DNA of 64,000 nt from Atractiella rhizophila (taxonomy: Eukaryota), in NCBI GenBank assembly GCA_021432655.1, contig MU271322.1, positions 1 through 64,000 on the forward strand, written 5' to 3'. Below the pieces are notes generated by a model. The model was not told the DNA's origin and did no database searches. It saw only the letters and a program-made list of their open reading frames with translations. Positions 35,595-46,738 of the stretch are shown here, in pieces. Position 1 is the stretch's first letter; the number at the start of each line of letters is the position of its first letter. Made by a program: the position numbers and the translations under genes.

Positions 35595-36764
35595 TGTTGG
35601 GCTCAAAATGGTTGAGATGTGAGGGCGATGATGATTGCGCAAGGAGCGACTGTTTATGAAGATGTGACAGTCGAACCTTGCCCCGCGTCTATTGTGCAGC
35701 TGAAGGAGCTAGGAATGAGAGCTGATGGAGGAGGGCATGAAGTCGGAGTTTGGTAGTCATGATTGAATGCAAATATCGTTCGTTCCAAGGTAATCGTGAG
35801 CACTATTCAGCGTCAACGCGTCAAAATCGTCAAAGCGGGCCGACTCAGAGACAAACTTACATCAGTGCAATCTACTCAACTAACTGGACCACTCCTTTCT
35901 TCACCAATCCTAACTTGAAATGCAAGAGATCAACAACGTATTAAACAAGGCCATTCGGTCCTAATCCCACATTTCGAATATTGTCTTCTGCCCTTTGACG
36001 TCAACACTGGCAACGACAACAACGAAATCCACATTGTCGATTGTTATCGGCCTTCTCTATCACGTCAACGCGCTCCGAGGACCTCACAACTGCAGATAAC
36101 TTCAAGGCTATCGGTACAGCTTTGGACAACTTTGCGCAGGATTTGCATGCTCCGCTGAACGCGCTTCTCTCCCTGATCCCAACTCATGGGCCGTCAGCCG
36201 AGCCGATGGTACAACTGCATCAACACCAAAAGGACGTCTTCAGCAACGTCAGAAGGACATGGGCACGCGTTTTCAGCAACAGCAACACCAAAAGGACATG
36301 GCCAACTTTAGCAATACAGGAGCAGGTGGATACGCAGCTCTTCGATTCTGATTCACAGTCAGTTCACCTGTCCGAGTATTCGAATCTCCCACAACACATG
36401 ACCCAGTCTCATGAATCCTCAGTATGCATTAGCCAGTATCCCAAAATTCCTCAAATCATGTTCGTCAATGTCCTGAGTCATTACAGCATCTTATCCACTG
36501 TTATCCAATGTATCTGCTGTATTTAATTCACGTTTTCTATCGCACGTTTGAGTTTCCCGCCAACGCGGGCAGGGACGGAAAGATTCTTTCCTATAACGTC
36601 AGGAATCTGTCTTCAAGACAATCGCGAAAAGTCTGCAGAGCACTGGCGTCTGAAGGAGCGTCAATTCGAAGGATTCCTGCTAGTACTCATGGCAATGCTT
36701 CCGAGTCTTTGGATTGAATGCAGAAAACAGGATGAGAGAGATGTGAAGAAGACAAAGAAGCGCG

Positions 36765-38024
36765 CTACGCCTGGACCAATCCCAAATCCATCCCCACCCC
36801 CAAGTCTACCTCCACGCCTAGAGCTCTCAATCCGTCCAATGTTTCCTCTTTCGCCCCTGGAAACCCCCCCACACCACCCACATCCACTATCCGCGTCCAA
36901 ACCTGCAACATCCCCCTCTGCTTCCTTCGCCTCAGCTCCTCGACCAGTTTTGTGTCCACTCCCTCTGGCAAAGCGACATTGATGATCTTCACCGGGCAAT
37001 CCTCAAAAGAGCGCACGAAGAAATCTGGATTCTCCTTCATTACTCCCACACGTCGATTATTGTCTGCTCGAAGGGTGAGGGTATGCAGTTGACGGAAAGG
37101 TATAGGTGTCGAAACATAGTTAAAAGTTTCAATGTCAGCGCCAAAGTCGTCGATCTGTATTTCCTGGAGTGAGGAAGCTGAAGTGGACAGGAGTGCGTGC
37201 AAGAAATTGAAGTCCAGGGAATAGCCGTGCCGATTGATGATCTTGAGGGTGAGGAGATGGGACGGGAGGAAGGAGACACGGGCCACGACGTCAAATAGGT
37301 TGTGCGCGATGGAGAGAGTGAGGTGCTTCAGATTAGCGGACGAAAGCACGCCTCCTCCCTTTTCGTTCTGCTCCTCGCCATCACTCGTAAGCTTGGGAAA
37401 GACGAGGAGCTTGTCCAATGGTCCAGGAACCCCGAGGGACAGTCCTTCGACAGTTCGTTGAGGAAGAGAAGCAAGCAAGAGTGCAGAGGACGCCATATCG
37501 TCTTTTACCGAATATTGAAACGACAAGTCGACACTCACTTCCTTCAAGCTTTGATAACGCTTCAAAGATTCCGCAAGCGCGTTCATAAAATTTTTCGCCC
37601 ACTTCCCGCTCTTTATCAGTCTTGGATCTCCCCATAACCTCAGCTCAAACCTTTCAATCATCCCTCCCTCGAGCATTTTCACACACTCGCTCAAGTACTG
37701 AATCTGTTTGCTGATATCTAGTGGCCGTGACCTTCTCGTAGCTACGAAGTCGTAGGAACCGATACGAATGCATAAATGCCTGATGGAGGAGAGGAACGGG
37801 TGGGTGGAGAGAGGACGGAGGTATCGTGGAGTATTCCAAGCTGAGACCATGTCTAACCCATGCGCGGCGGAGAATACGAGATCACGAAAGAGCACTGGCG
37901 CGATGAGAGAACGGAGGAGGCGGGATACGAGGGAGATGGAGAGAAGCGTCGTCTTGGAGAATGGGAGGGAAAGAATTTGTGCTACCAACTCTGGGGGAAG
38001 GGAGAGTAGGCGGAAACCAGACAT
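36765..38024 (-). CDS. F-box-like protein with degenerate LRR/RNI-like repeats; paralogue A, intronless
   Basis: 419-aa ORF. N-terminal FRLLSLPPELVAQILSL...LLSISLVSRLLRSLIAPVLFRDL; later LKHLTLS, LLTLKI, LQEIQI, LHTLTL repeats. Confidence 0.8.
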   Translation of the reverse strand: MSGFRLLSLPPELVAQILSLPFSKTTLLSISLVSRLLRSLIAPVLFRDLVFSAAHGLDMVSAWNTPRYLRPLSTHPFLSSIRHLCIRIGSYDFVATRRSRPLDISKQIQYLSECVKMLEGGMIERFELRLWGDPRLIKSGKWAKNFMNALAESLKRYQSLKEVSVDLSFQYSVKDDMASSALLLASLPQRTVEGLSLGVPGPLDKLLVFPKLTSDGEEQNEKGGGVLSSANLKHLTLSIAHNLFDVVARVSFLPSHLLTLKIINRHGYSLDFNFLHALLSTSASSLQEIQIDDFGADIETFNYVSTPIPFRQLHTLTLRADNNRRVGVMKENPDFFVRSFEDCPVKIINVALPEGVDTKLVEELRRRKQRGMLQVWTRIVDVGGVGGFPGAKEETLDGLRALGVEVDLGVGMDLGLVQA

Positions 38025-38589
38025 GTTCGATAAAGTGTTGCTACCCCAGAGACCGAGAAATGATTAGCTTGCGAAAAGATGTATTGGAGACGAGCAATTT
38101 ATGGAAGAAGCAGCACTGCGCCACGGGTGATGTGATGAGGGAATCATCTCGCTGAAGTTGGATATATGTCTTTTACCTGCCTAAACCCCATAGTTGCTAG
38201 TCAGGACATGACATGCATCAATCTGTCGCCGAAGCAATTCCCGGCGGCGATTTCTCCTCACATCATCGAAGTGACACAAGCGAGAAGGATGTAAAGCTCA
38301 CCACTTCTGATGTACCTATAAATCTATTCCTTTCTGCCTATCCAAGCTCAAGGCAACGTGCATCTACTTCCGCGCTGTCTTCGAGGCTTCGTCGGACGTA
38401 CCCCTCGCTTTCGGAGACAGGCCGTTTCTGACTCCGGCATCATTGGGGTCGCATCCATTTCGCCTCAGAAATGATGTCCTGCACTTCTCGCAGGTGTGCG
38501 GCCAACTTTCGTAATGGTATAACAACTTGTAATTGCAATTCTGAAGCGTTAGTTTCGTCTAAATAGCTAAGGACTTTGAAATTGAGCCA

Positions 38590-39828
38590 TTAACCATCCC
38601 ATCTGCGAAGGAATTGGGAACGTTGCGTCTCCACAGAAGCACGCTCAACTTCCACACCGAGTTCTGTCAATTTGGCCCACTCCTTGTCCTCCTTATCACT
38701 ATTAGAAGATCCATCTCCCACATCTTCGATGTTCACCCAACGGTTCAGCAGCCCCTCCTCTTTCTTCCTCCTGAGTGTCTCCAGTATTATCAACTGCGTT
38801 TGTCTGGACAGACCGATTTCAATGGTCTCTATTGGAGCATTCCCAAACAAGCTAATCACCACTTCACCGTTCTGTTCTATCCAACCTCTACTTACCGCTC
38901 GCAATGTGAGCTTTTTTAGCCTTTTGAAATCTATTGGCTGAAAAGCCGTCTTCGAGAGATCCAATTCGTGTTCGTAATCTTCAAATTCGATCTCCTCCAA
39001 AGAGGCGGAAGAAACAGAGAGGAGGTAATAAATAGAGTCGAAGTCGAAGTCGAGAGGCCAAGCACCGGGATTTGTGAAACTGAGAGTTTGAAGGTGGCAA
39101 GGGAGAGCATGAGGTCGTAGGGCGAGGCTGGAGAAATGGCTCTTAATTGTCAGAGCAAGGTGCTTTAAGCAAGGGGCAGAGAGTACGCTCTCTTTGGGCA
39201 CTCCATCTTCGCTTGGATGGAAGATTATATCCAGTGGTCCATAAACATTGAGGGAGATTCGTTCGACCCGTGCCTGCTTGAGAGATGAAAGCAGTCGCGC
39301 AACAGAGCTGGTGCTGTCCACGCCGTATTGGAACGACAGGTCCATTTTCAACTCTCTCAGATCGGGGTAATGTTTCAAGGATGCTTCCAACCCGTTAACG
39401 AAGTCTCCAGCCCAAATGTTACTCTTCAATTCCTCGGGATCTCCTAATACCGTCAACTCAAGAGCTTCGACGTTTAAGCCTTCTAGAGCTCTCAAGCATT
39501 CGGCCAGGTACTCGATCTCATGGGGCACCAAGTCGAAAAGCTCGTACTGGACCAGGCGGATGCGCAGGAGCCGTACTGAGGAGATGGCGGGATGCGAATC
39601 GATGGAACGCAGATAGCGAAAACCCACCGCGGGTTCCAACCCTTTTTGAAGGCCGCACTTGGCAGAAAAGGTGAGCGTGCGAAAAAGTGCGGGTGTAACA
39701 AGATCGCGCAGGGCACGGGAAACGAGAGAGAGAGATTGAAGGGCTGAACGAGAGGAAGAGTGAATGGAGAGGATTTTAGAAATCAACTCGTGAGGCAGGG
39801 AGAGGAGGCGGAATGTAGATTCGGACAT
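38590..39828 (-). CDS. F-box-like/LRR-like protein; paralogue B, intronless
   Basis: 412-aa ORF; FRLLSLPHELISKILSI...LSLVSRALRDLVTPALFRTLTFSA; colinear with paralogues A and C. Confidence 0.82.
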   Translation of the reverse strand: MSESTFRLLSLPHELISKILSIHSSSRSALQSLSLVSRALRDLVTPALFRTLTFSAKCGLQKGLEPAVGFRYLRSIDSHPAISSVRLLRIRLVQYELFDLVPHEIEYLAECLRALEGLNVEALELTVLGDPEELKSNIWAGDFVNGLEASLKHYPDLRELKMDLSFQYGVDSTSSVARLLSSLKQARVERISLNVYGPLDIIFHPSEDGVPKESVLSAPCLKHLALTIKSHFSSLALRPHALPCHLQTLSFTNPGAWPLDFDFDSIYYLLSVSSASLEEIEFEDYEHELDLSKTAFQPIDFKRLKKLTLRAVSRGWIEQNGEVVISLFGNAPIETIEIGLSRQTQLIILETLRRKKEEGLLNRWVNIEDVGDGSSNSDKEDKEWAKLTELGVEVERASVETQRSQFLRRWDG

Positions 39829-40442
39829 GTTGTTTTCGTGCGGCTTTTGTGATATATTCAGTAGATCAAAGGAAAGTGAGAAAGAGAAATTGATTCCCTA
39901 TCACTTTGCACTAACAATCCCCAATCACTTATCAGCGAGTGCAACGGTTATGTGATTTCATTGTGAAAAATCGCACATACCTAACAATCCACAATATAAT
40001 ATAAAAAACGGTTGTGTGACGGGGAAAAGAAAAGGGGAAGGAAACATATTTATATTCCGGGCTAGCGGTGAAGTGCACATATTTGGCACGGCATCCGGAA
40101 CGCGAGGCAAACGAAGCAAGCAGATGAAATCCGCCAATCTCCGTGGTTGGTAATAATATCGTAAATTAACTGCGTTAAGCAGAGCAAAGAATGAGAACGA
40201 GAAAAACACATGTCCACTACAAATGAATCTTGCGCACCTATCCAGATTGAAATCTGCAAGATGAAAACTTCGCAGGTTAGAGCCAGCCACTATTCTAATC
40301 TGCCAGGGACGGTTAATACGACACTGCGACTCCGTTCCGTTGTATCTGCAACTGCCTTCGTTCAATCCTGAGTTACGAATGGTATGACAGTCTGCCCTTC
40401 CAGTCGCGTCTTACTTGATGCCTGAATTGAATACACTTTCTG

Positions 40443-42429
40443 TCACTCGCCAACCTCCCTTACGATCCCTGGCCACTGCCCACAATCTTCCAATGTCCCC
40501 CTAGCAATTTCGATCTCGTCCTCTTGCCAGTCTCCAAAGAATAAACAAACATCAAGGTACTCCCCTGTCTTCCCATAATCAACCTGATCCCCTTTCTCTC
40601 GAAAGAACCAGTGGATGAAGTCTGGGAAATCAACATACTCCATTACACAATACTCGAGTGTTACACGAGATATCGCCGTTGCGTTTTTGAGTGTGCTGAA
40701 GAACCGGCGGGAAACGAGGTTTGAAGTTTCTTCACCGCCGTCGAGGTACAGGGTGGTGAGCTGTGTGAGGTGTGACAAGTCGAGCGGAGTGGGTAGGATG
40801 GAGGTCTTTCCATCAGCAGAGAAGGGCGCGAGCACGAGCCTGAGATCTTCCAGAAGAGGTGGCAGAGAGTGAGCTGAGATGGAGAGCGGGAGGGGACACA
40901 TATTGGAGAGGTGCAGGCGATGTAGGGTGTGTGGGAGAGAGAGGTATGGGGAAGGCGGGTACTCATCAAGTTCCAGGTATTCGAGGCGAGAAGGAATTTG
41001 AAGGCCACCTGTAGTAGAATGGGCAGAGTCCTCTACGCCTCGAGCAGCAAGCTTTCTGATCCTATCACCCATCCTCCATACAAAGCTTTCGACCTCCTCC
41101 TTCCTCCATTTCATCGAGCCTTCCCTTCCCAATATAACCTCGTCCAGCTGTTTCATTCTTCCGATTGCATCCAACAGAATCTTCGCTTGCTCTTGATTCC
41201 AAAATGCATCTAAGTACACTACAGTGACATTCGGTGATCCCGCGATGATCTCTTTCACCATTGCAACACTGATGCTTTCGCCAAACTCCAGTCTTTCCCA
41301 CAGCCGTCCCGCGTTAGGATAGAGTTTCAAACGCTCATACTTCTCCGCCGTCAAATCAGGTTCGCGCCAATATGGCACTGAAACTTCCTTCCAGAGCTGG
41401 CAGACGTCACAGAGGATGGAAGCGTCGATGAAGAAACTAAATATAAGAGAGAGGAGCTCGGTAGACAAGTGCTGGATTGAGCAGGTAGTAACGCCTGGAG
41501 GTGGGGGGACCGAGATTTGGACGATGCTGACCTCGTCGTCAGGGAGGGATGGGAGGGGCGACGATTCGTCGTCACTGATAGGGAGAAAGCGCATTTCGCT
41601 TCTGGAGTATAGCGCCACAGCGGCGAAGATAGCGTGGTGGGGATGGGTAGGGAACATGCGCGTGAATGGCCTCACTTGTGCATCTGGTGAGTCGACATAT
41701 GATTTGACTTCTGTGGGTGTTGCTTTGACTTCTCTTTCTACAGACGACGCATGCCTTTCGACCTCCTTAAAGGCTACCTTGACATCCCTGTAGCTGATGG
41801 TGACGGAAAGATTGGCCACACCGTCATCCTCGACCGCCATTTCGAGATATTCCAGTGATAAAGAAGACAATTTCGACGATATCTGGCGAGGATTTCTGGG
41901 CGTGAATGGATGAGGTACCACAAAGGTGACCCGGAGCGTGTGAATTGACGGAGGTAAGCGAGAGTTGAAAGAGGGAAGAATGGAGAGGTGGATCCGCTCG
42001 GTGTACTCGTTGCCTGGGGTGATGAGATTGACAAGTCCCGTTGAGTTCGCTTCCCGAGAGCCTTTGGCACACGGTCGGTGTTTGCACCCCAACTGTTTCC
42101 TGAAGGAAGGCATCAAACGTCCCGCCGCATCTGTTAGACGAGATGAACAAAGCGAAAAATGAGATGACATGCCTGCGTTGCCCCGTCTACCAACGAAACT
42201 GGGTCCATCTCGAAAGTTAAGCAGGGCTGGACAGAAAACAAAACTGTGAGACCTGGTCAGATGCACCGTTCCTGAGAAATTGTAGCGTGTGACGTCGACG
42301 AATTATATCGTGGTTTGGCAGTTGGGGGATGGAGGAACATTGCCCCGCTTCTATGTAGACTCGGAGAACTCGGATGACGTGAAGGAGGAAGGAGGAGAAC
42401 AAGGTAGTCTGGCCTTCCCTCTTCAACAC
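40443..42429 (-). CDS. F-box-like/LRR-like protein of a second family, with an N-terminal extension; 5' end uncertain and probably spliced
   Basis: 607-codon frame with internal IQHLSTELLSLIF...LCDVCQLWKEVS and LEYLEL/LHRLHL/LEDLRL/LTTLYL repeats. A GT-AG intron at about 42227-42266 joins it in frame to ORF 42217..42429. Confidence 0.72.
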
Positions 42430-43039
42430 CCGCGCCGTAACAAAGTTGCGGGCTTAGCTACAGCTCTGGAGGCGGACATGCAGTCTGTACCAGCATAAGT
42501 GTTTCATCGACTGTGTTCATGAATATACCGGTATATCATAATAAAGGAGTAGTTGAAGTTCTTATACTTCGAGTTCTGAATGACCGGAGGGACCTGAGAT
42601 GACTGAGACCATCATCGTCGATGTAGATGGGTCTCAGGGAATGTGTGCTGGAACTTATTTTTGAGCGATGAACCAACCATAAAACTCCAACTCCAACACT
42701 GAACACTTCGACTTTCGTTCTCAACTACTGAAATTATTCTTAAAGTGCACACCTTTCTCCAAGTTCCAACAAATCTACAATCACAGCTAATAACTAATGT
42801 AATCAAGCTTCAAACAATGGAAATTTTAGGATAAGAGTAAGACGTCGTCGCGGTTCTCTGATTTACTCTGCTGCCAATGAAGTTATTGTATTTGTGAAAT
42901 GATGCGCGTGTATACAATACGGTCTGACAATTGCATATCTTGCCGACTACCTTGTTACAGGTTGAGCCTTGAAAGGTCTGAAACGCGAAATGATCGGTTT
43001 ATTACTTGAATGACTTTGGAACCATCACCATCTACTGCG

Positions 43040-44305
43040 CTAGTAAAAGGTGGAGAGAAAGGCAGCACCCGTAGTCTCGACAATAGAATTCACGACATTC
43101 ACGCCCAACTTCCTCAATTTCGCCCACGCCTCTGCCTCTCGAGCGGTGGGGGAAAAACTTCCAGCCCGCGCATTAACGAGCATCACCCAGCATTTCAGTA
43201 ACTCCTCTTCTCTCTTCTTCATCAGCACTTGCAGCATTGCGAACCGGTTAGACTCCTGTGAGAGATGAAGTTCGATTGTCTGTATTGGAGCCTTCTCAAA
43301 TAAACCAATTATGACGCCACAATGTCGTTGGTTGATCGCCCGCAATGTCAGCTTTTTGAGCTTCTTGAAGTCTATCGGTTCCCAGATCGATGTAGAGAGG
43401 TCCATGTCGTGCTCGTAATCGTCGAATTCTATCTCCTGTAAGGAGGCGGCAGATGCAGCGAAGAGGGAATAAAGCGAGTTGAAGTCGAAATCGAGATACA
43501 AGTTATTCTGGTTCGTGAAGCTGAGAGTTTGAAGGTAGCAGGGCAGGCAGTGCGACCGCAGGGCGAGGTCAGATTGATTGAACATGACCCCTAGAGCAAG
43601 GTGCTTGAGGTTTGGGGATGACAGCAGACTGTCCTCGGGCTGTCGACCTCCGCTTTGACTGAAGATTATATCCAATGGTCCATAGATATTGAGCGAGATT
43701 CGTTCTACAGGCGCATCTCGGAGAGCATGAAGCAGCGAAGTAACTGAGAACGAGTCGTCTCGCCCCGATTGGAACGACAGGTCTATCTTCACCGCTCTCA
43801 AGTAGTGGTATTGTTCCAAGGACTCCTCCAACCCATGGATGAACACTCCAGCCCATTGGTTACTCTTTAGTGTCCTATAATTTCCAAGTACCGTCAACTC
43901 GACAGTTTCGATCTCGAAGCCCTCTAAGGCTTTCACGCATTCGGTTAAGTACTGAATCTGCTTCTTGATGTCCAAATTGTTCGAAAAAAACTCATGCTCA
44001 AGCAAGCAGATGCGTAGATTCCGTACAGAGGAAAGGGCTGGGTGTGAACCGATGGGTCGCAGATAACGACGGCTCTTCATGGGATACGGTCCATCCCGTA
44101 ATCCCAGATCAGCAGAAAAGGTGACGGTGCGGAAAAGGCCAGGTGTGACGAGGTCGCGCACGAGGTGGGAAACGAGAGAGAGAGATCGGAGGGTTTGGGG
44201 AAAGGTGGAGTGTATGGATAAGATCTGATCGACTAGTTCACGAGGCAAGGAAAGAAGGCGGAAAGGCGAGTCAGGCATGTTGTTGGTGTTACTGTCTTGA
44301 GACAT
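43040..44305 (-). CDS. F-box-like/LRR-like protein; paralogue C, intronless
   Basis: FRLLSLPRELVDQILSI...LSLVSHLVRDLVTPGLFRTVTFSA. Shares DLSFQ, ERISLN.YGPLDIIF, LPC.LQTLSFTN, DFDF.S.Y and PIDFK.LKKLTLRA with B. Start at ATG 44305 or 44278. Confidence 0.82.
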   Translation of the reverse strand: MSQDSNTNNMPDSPFRLLSLPRELVDQILSIHSTFPQTLRSLSLVSHLVRDLVTPGLFRTVTFSADLGLRDGPYPMKSRRYLRPIGSHPALSSVRNLRICLLEHEFFSNNLDIKKQIQYLTECVKALEGFEIETVELTVLGNYRTLKSNQWAGVFIHGLEESLEQYHYLRAVKIDLSFQSGRDDSFSVTSLLHALRDAPVERISLNIYGPLDIIFSQSGGRQPEDSLLSSPNLKHLALGVMFNQSDLALRSHCLPCYLQTLSFTNQNNLYLDFDFNSLYSLFAASAASLQEIEFDDYEHDMDLSTSIWEPIDFKKLKKLTLRAINQRHCGVIIGLFEKAPIQTIELHLSQESNRFAMLQVLMKKREEELLKCWVMLVNARAGSFSPTAREAEAWAKLRKLGVNVVNSIVETTGAAFLSTFY

Positions 44306-44944
44306 GTGTGAGATGGAAGTAACAATGTGAAGAAACTCCTTTCTTAACAAGGAACTCAGAACCTGTTGATTTTCAAAGGGAAATGGTATGGAAGCGGGTG
44401 GGGGCGAATAATCATGGTCGCAAAGATGGCAGCGTCGATAGATCGCTGGAAGAGCAGATCACGAATACACGAGAAAGAGAACGGCTCGGCATAGATAAGA
44501 TGCTGTCTGTTTGCACATCATAGCCGCAGCGCATATCCCGATTAATCCATAAACAGAACCAAATGAGAAGATCGAAGGTTAACCTGGCTGATGGGCAAGC
44601 GGTCGAGAGAGACGAATAAAAGACAAAATCAAGACTATCAGTTCGCTCTGACATATTGTTCTCTTCATCGTGGGCATTAAAGAGCGCCGCAGAAACGACT
44701 CGCAAGGGCCCAACGACAAACAAATAATCCGGGTACGAGTTGCAGTGTTTCATCACTTGTACTCAAGGAGTATCAAAAGGGACCTAAAGATCGCGCTTCT
44801 GAGTGGTTCGAGCGCAAAAGCTAGCGAAAAGGACTTGATGTAGAACTGTACACACCTTTGAATTCCAATATTTCTGTCAAGGATCACGCGCACGACTCAC
44901 ACCAATAGTGCTCCAGTGTCTAGAGTCGAATCTTAGGACCTAGA

Positions 44945-46427
44945 ATGAGACGTTCGAGGTGATACGCTTCCTTTCTTCGCTGCTAGCGACTTCGCTTTCC
45001 TCTGTTGACAGTCGTTACCCGTCACTGTTCACAACAAGTTCCACCCTGTCGGACATACCCCAATCCATCGGCGATACCTTCCCGCTGTTCCTCTCACTTA
45101 CAACGGTCTCAACATGATCCGACCTCCGCCTTTCCCGCGTGTCTCTCGTCAGCTGTACCAGATCCTCCATTCTGCGGCCTGCCTTCCGTCTCGCCCTACT
45201 ACGCCGCCGCTTGTGAAGAGCAAGCAGACCTTTGGTCCGCTTATGAGCTCTATAGACCAAATTGGGGAGAGACGGAGCAGTATGTTGTCATTAGAAAGGT
45301 GGGTAAAGGAAAGTATGGTGACGTTTTTGAGGGGAGGAGAGGGGAAGATGGGGAAAGGGTGGCTATTAAGGCATTGTCCATTTCTCAGTTCCTTTCGTAC
45401 ATTAAACTCATTTCTTCAACGAGAACAGGTCCTTAAACCGGTGAAGAAGGACAAAATCCTTCGCGAGATCAAAATCTTACAAAACCTCTACGGTGGACCA
45501 AACATCATCAAGATGCAGGATATGGTCATGGATTGGTACACGAAGACACCATCTTTAATTTTTCCATTTGTGGAGACATCTAACTTCAAGACTTTGAATC
45601 TCAGCCTTAACTTGAAGGATATTAAATACTACATATTCTTATTGCTTACAACCTTGGACTGGGTTCATTCGAAAGGAATCATGCATCGGGATGTGAAGCC
45701 TACGAACGTGCTTATCAATCACAAGCAACATAGCGTAAGTATATCTCTTCTTTAGGTATGGAGCTCAACCTAACACTACCGAGATAGTTACGACTAGTAG
45801 ACTGGGGATTAGCCGAGTTCTACATTCCTGGCAAGCGTTACGAGGTCTGTAACTTTGATCACTGGTTCAATGTCAATACTAAGCATTTAAAAATTTTGTG
45901 GCTAATCAGACTCGAGTGGCTTCTCGCTATTTCAAAGCTCCTGAGCTCTTGGTTGGTTATGAGTATTACTCCTACTCTTTGGATATATGGAGCGTAGGCT
46001 GCATCCTCGCTAGTATGGTTCGTCCGATCAACCTTCCAATCCTTTCTTTCCCTAACATGCGATTGAGATTTTCAAGGTCGATCCGTTTTTCTACAGCAAA
46101 GGAGCCATGGATGAGCAATTGTATCCCATAGGAAGGGTTCTCGGCAGTGTTCAGCTGGTGGACTGGATGGATAAATATTCAATCCCTCTTCATCCGGGAT
46201 ACCAAGGCATCGTCACCAAGAATAGGTGGAAGGGAAAAGCTTGGAAGAAGTTCATCGATGGCCACAATAAGCCTTTTGTTGATGAAGCTGCCTTACGTTT
46301 TCTCGAGGAGACCTTGAAGTATGATCATCAGACACGACTCAGCGCACGGGAATTAATGCAGTGGGAATGGTTTGGCGATGTGAGGGAGGAGGCCCAAAAG
46401 TCCATTCAATTGCAAAAGGGACCTTGA
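44945..46427 (+). CDS. Divergent casein kinase II alpha-like Ser/Thr kinase; start codon uncertain
   Basis: [95 protein letters not shown]. The DWG motif is diagnostic of the CK2 family. Confidence 0.9.
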
Positions 46428-46738
46428 TGTTTTCTCTCTCTTCCTTTGGGTTCGTGTTGTGTTGTTTTTCATGTCTGCACTTCTGTTGGTTAGCATTGGG
46501 CATAATCTGGGGTCTCTGCATTCTGTGCTCTAGCACGTTGTACCTTTCTCCGTCGTCATTCTCTTTTTACTATATGTTTCAGATATACTGTTTCTTAATA
46601 CTCCACCATCGTAGCATCGGTTTGATTTGTAACAGAACGTACTTATCCATTTTTATCACTCACAATCTGTACTTAAGACAAGCATCAGTCTACAATATCA
46701 CCGACCACATTTTGCAGTTACGACGGCTGGTAACCTGT

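Noticed and set aside
42897..42985. Possible C/D snoRNA (ATGATG...CTGA...CTGA) containing ACCTTGTTAC, complementary to the SSU rRNA 3' region
   Set aside because: The C box is imperfect, the complementary stretch is not directly upstream of a D or D' box, and no terminal stem is evident; a snoscan/Rfam search would be needed.
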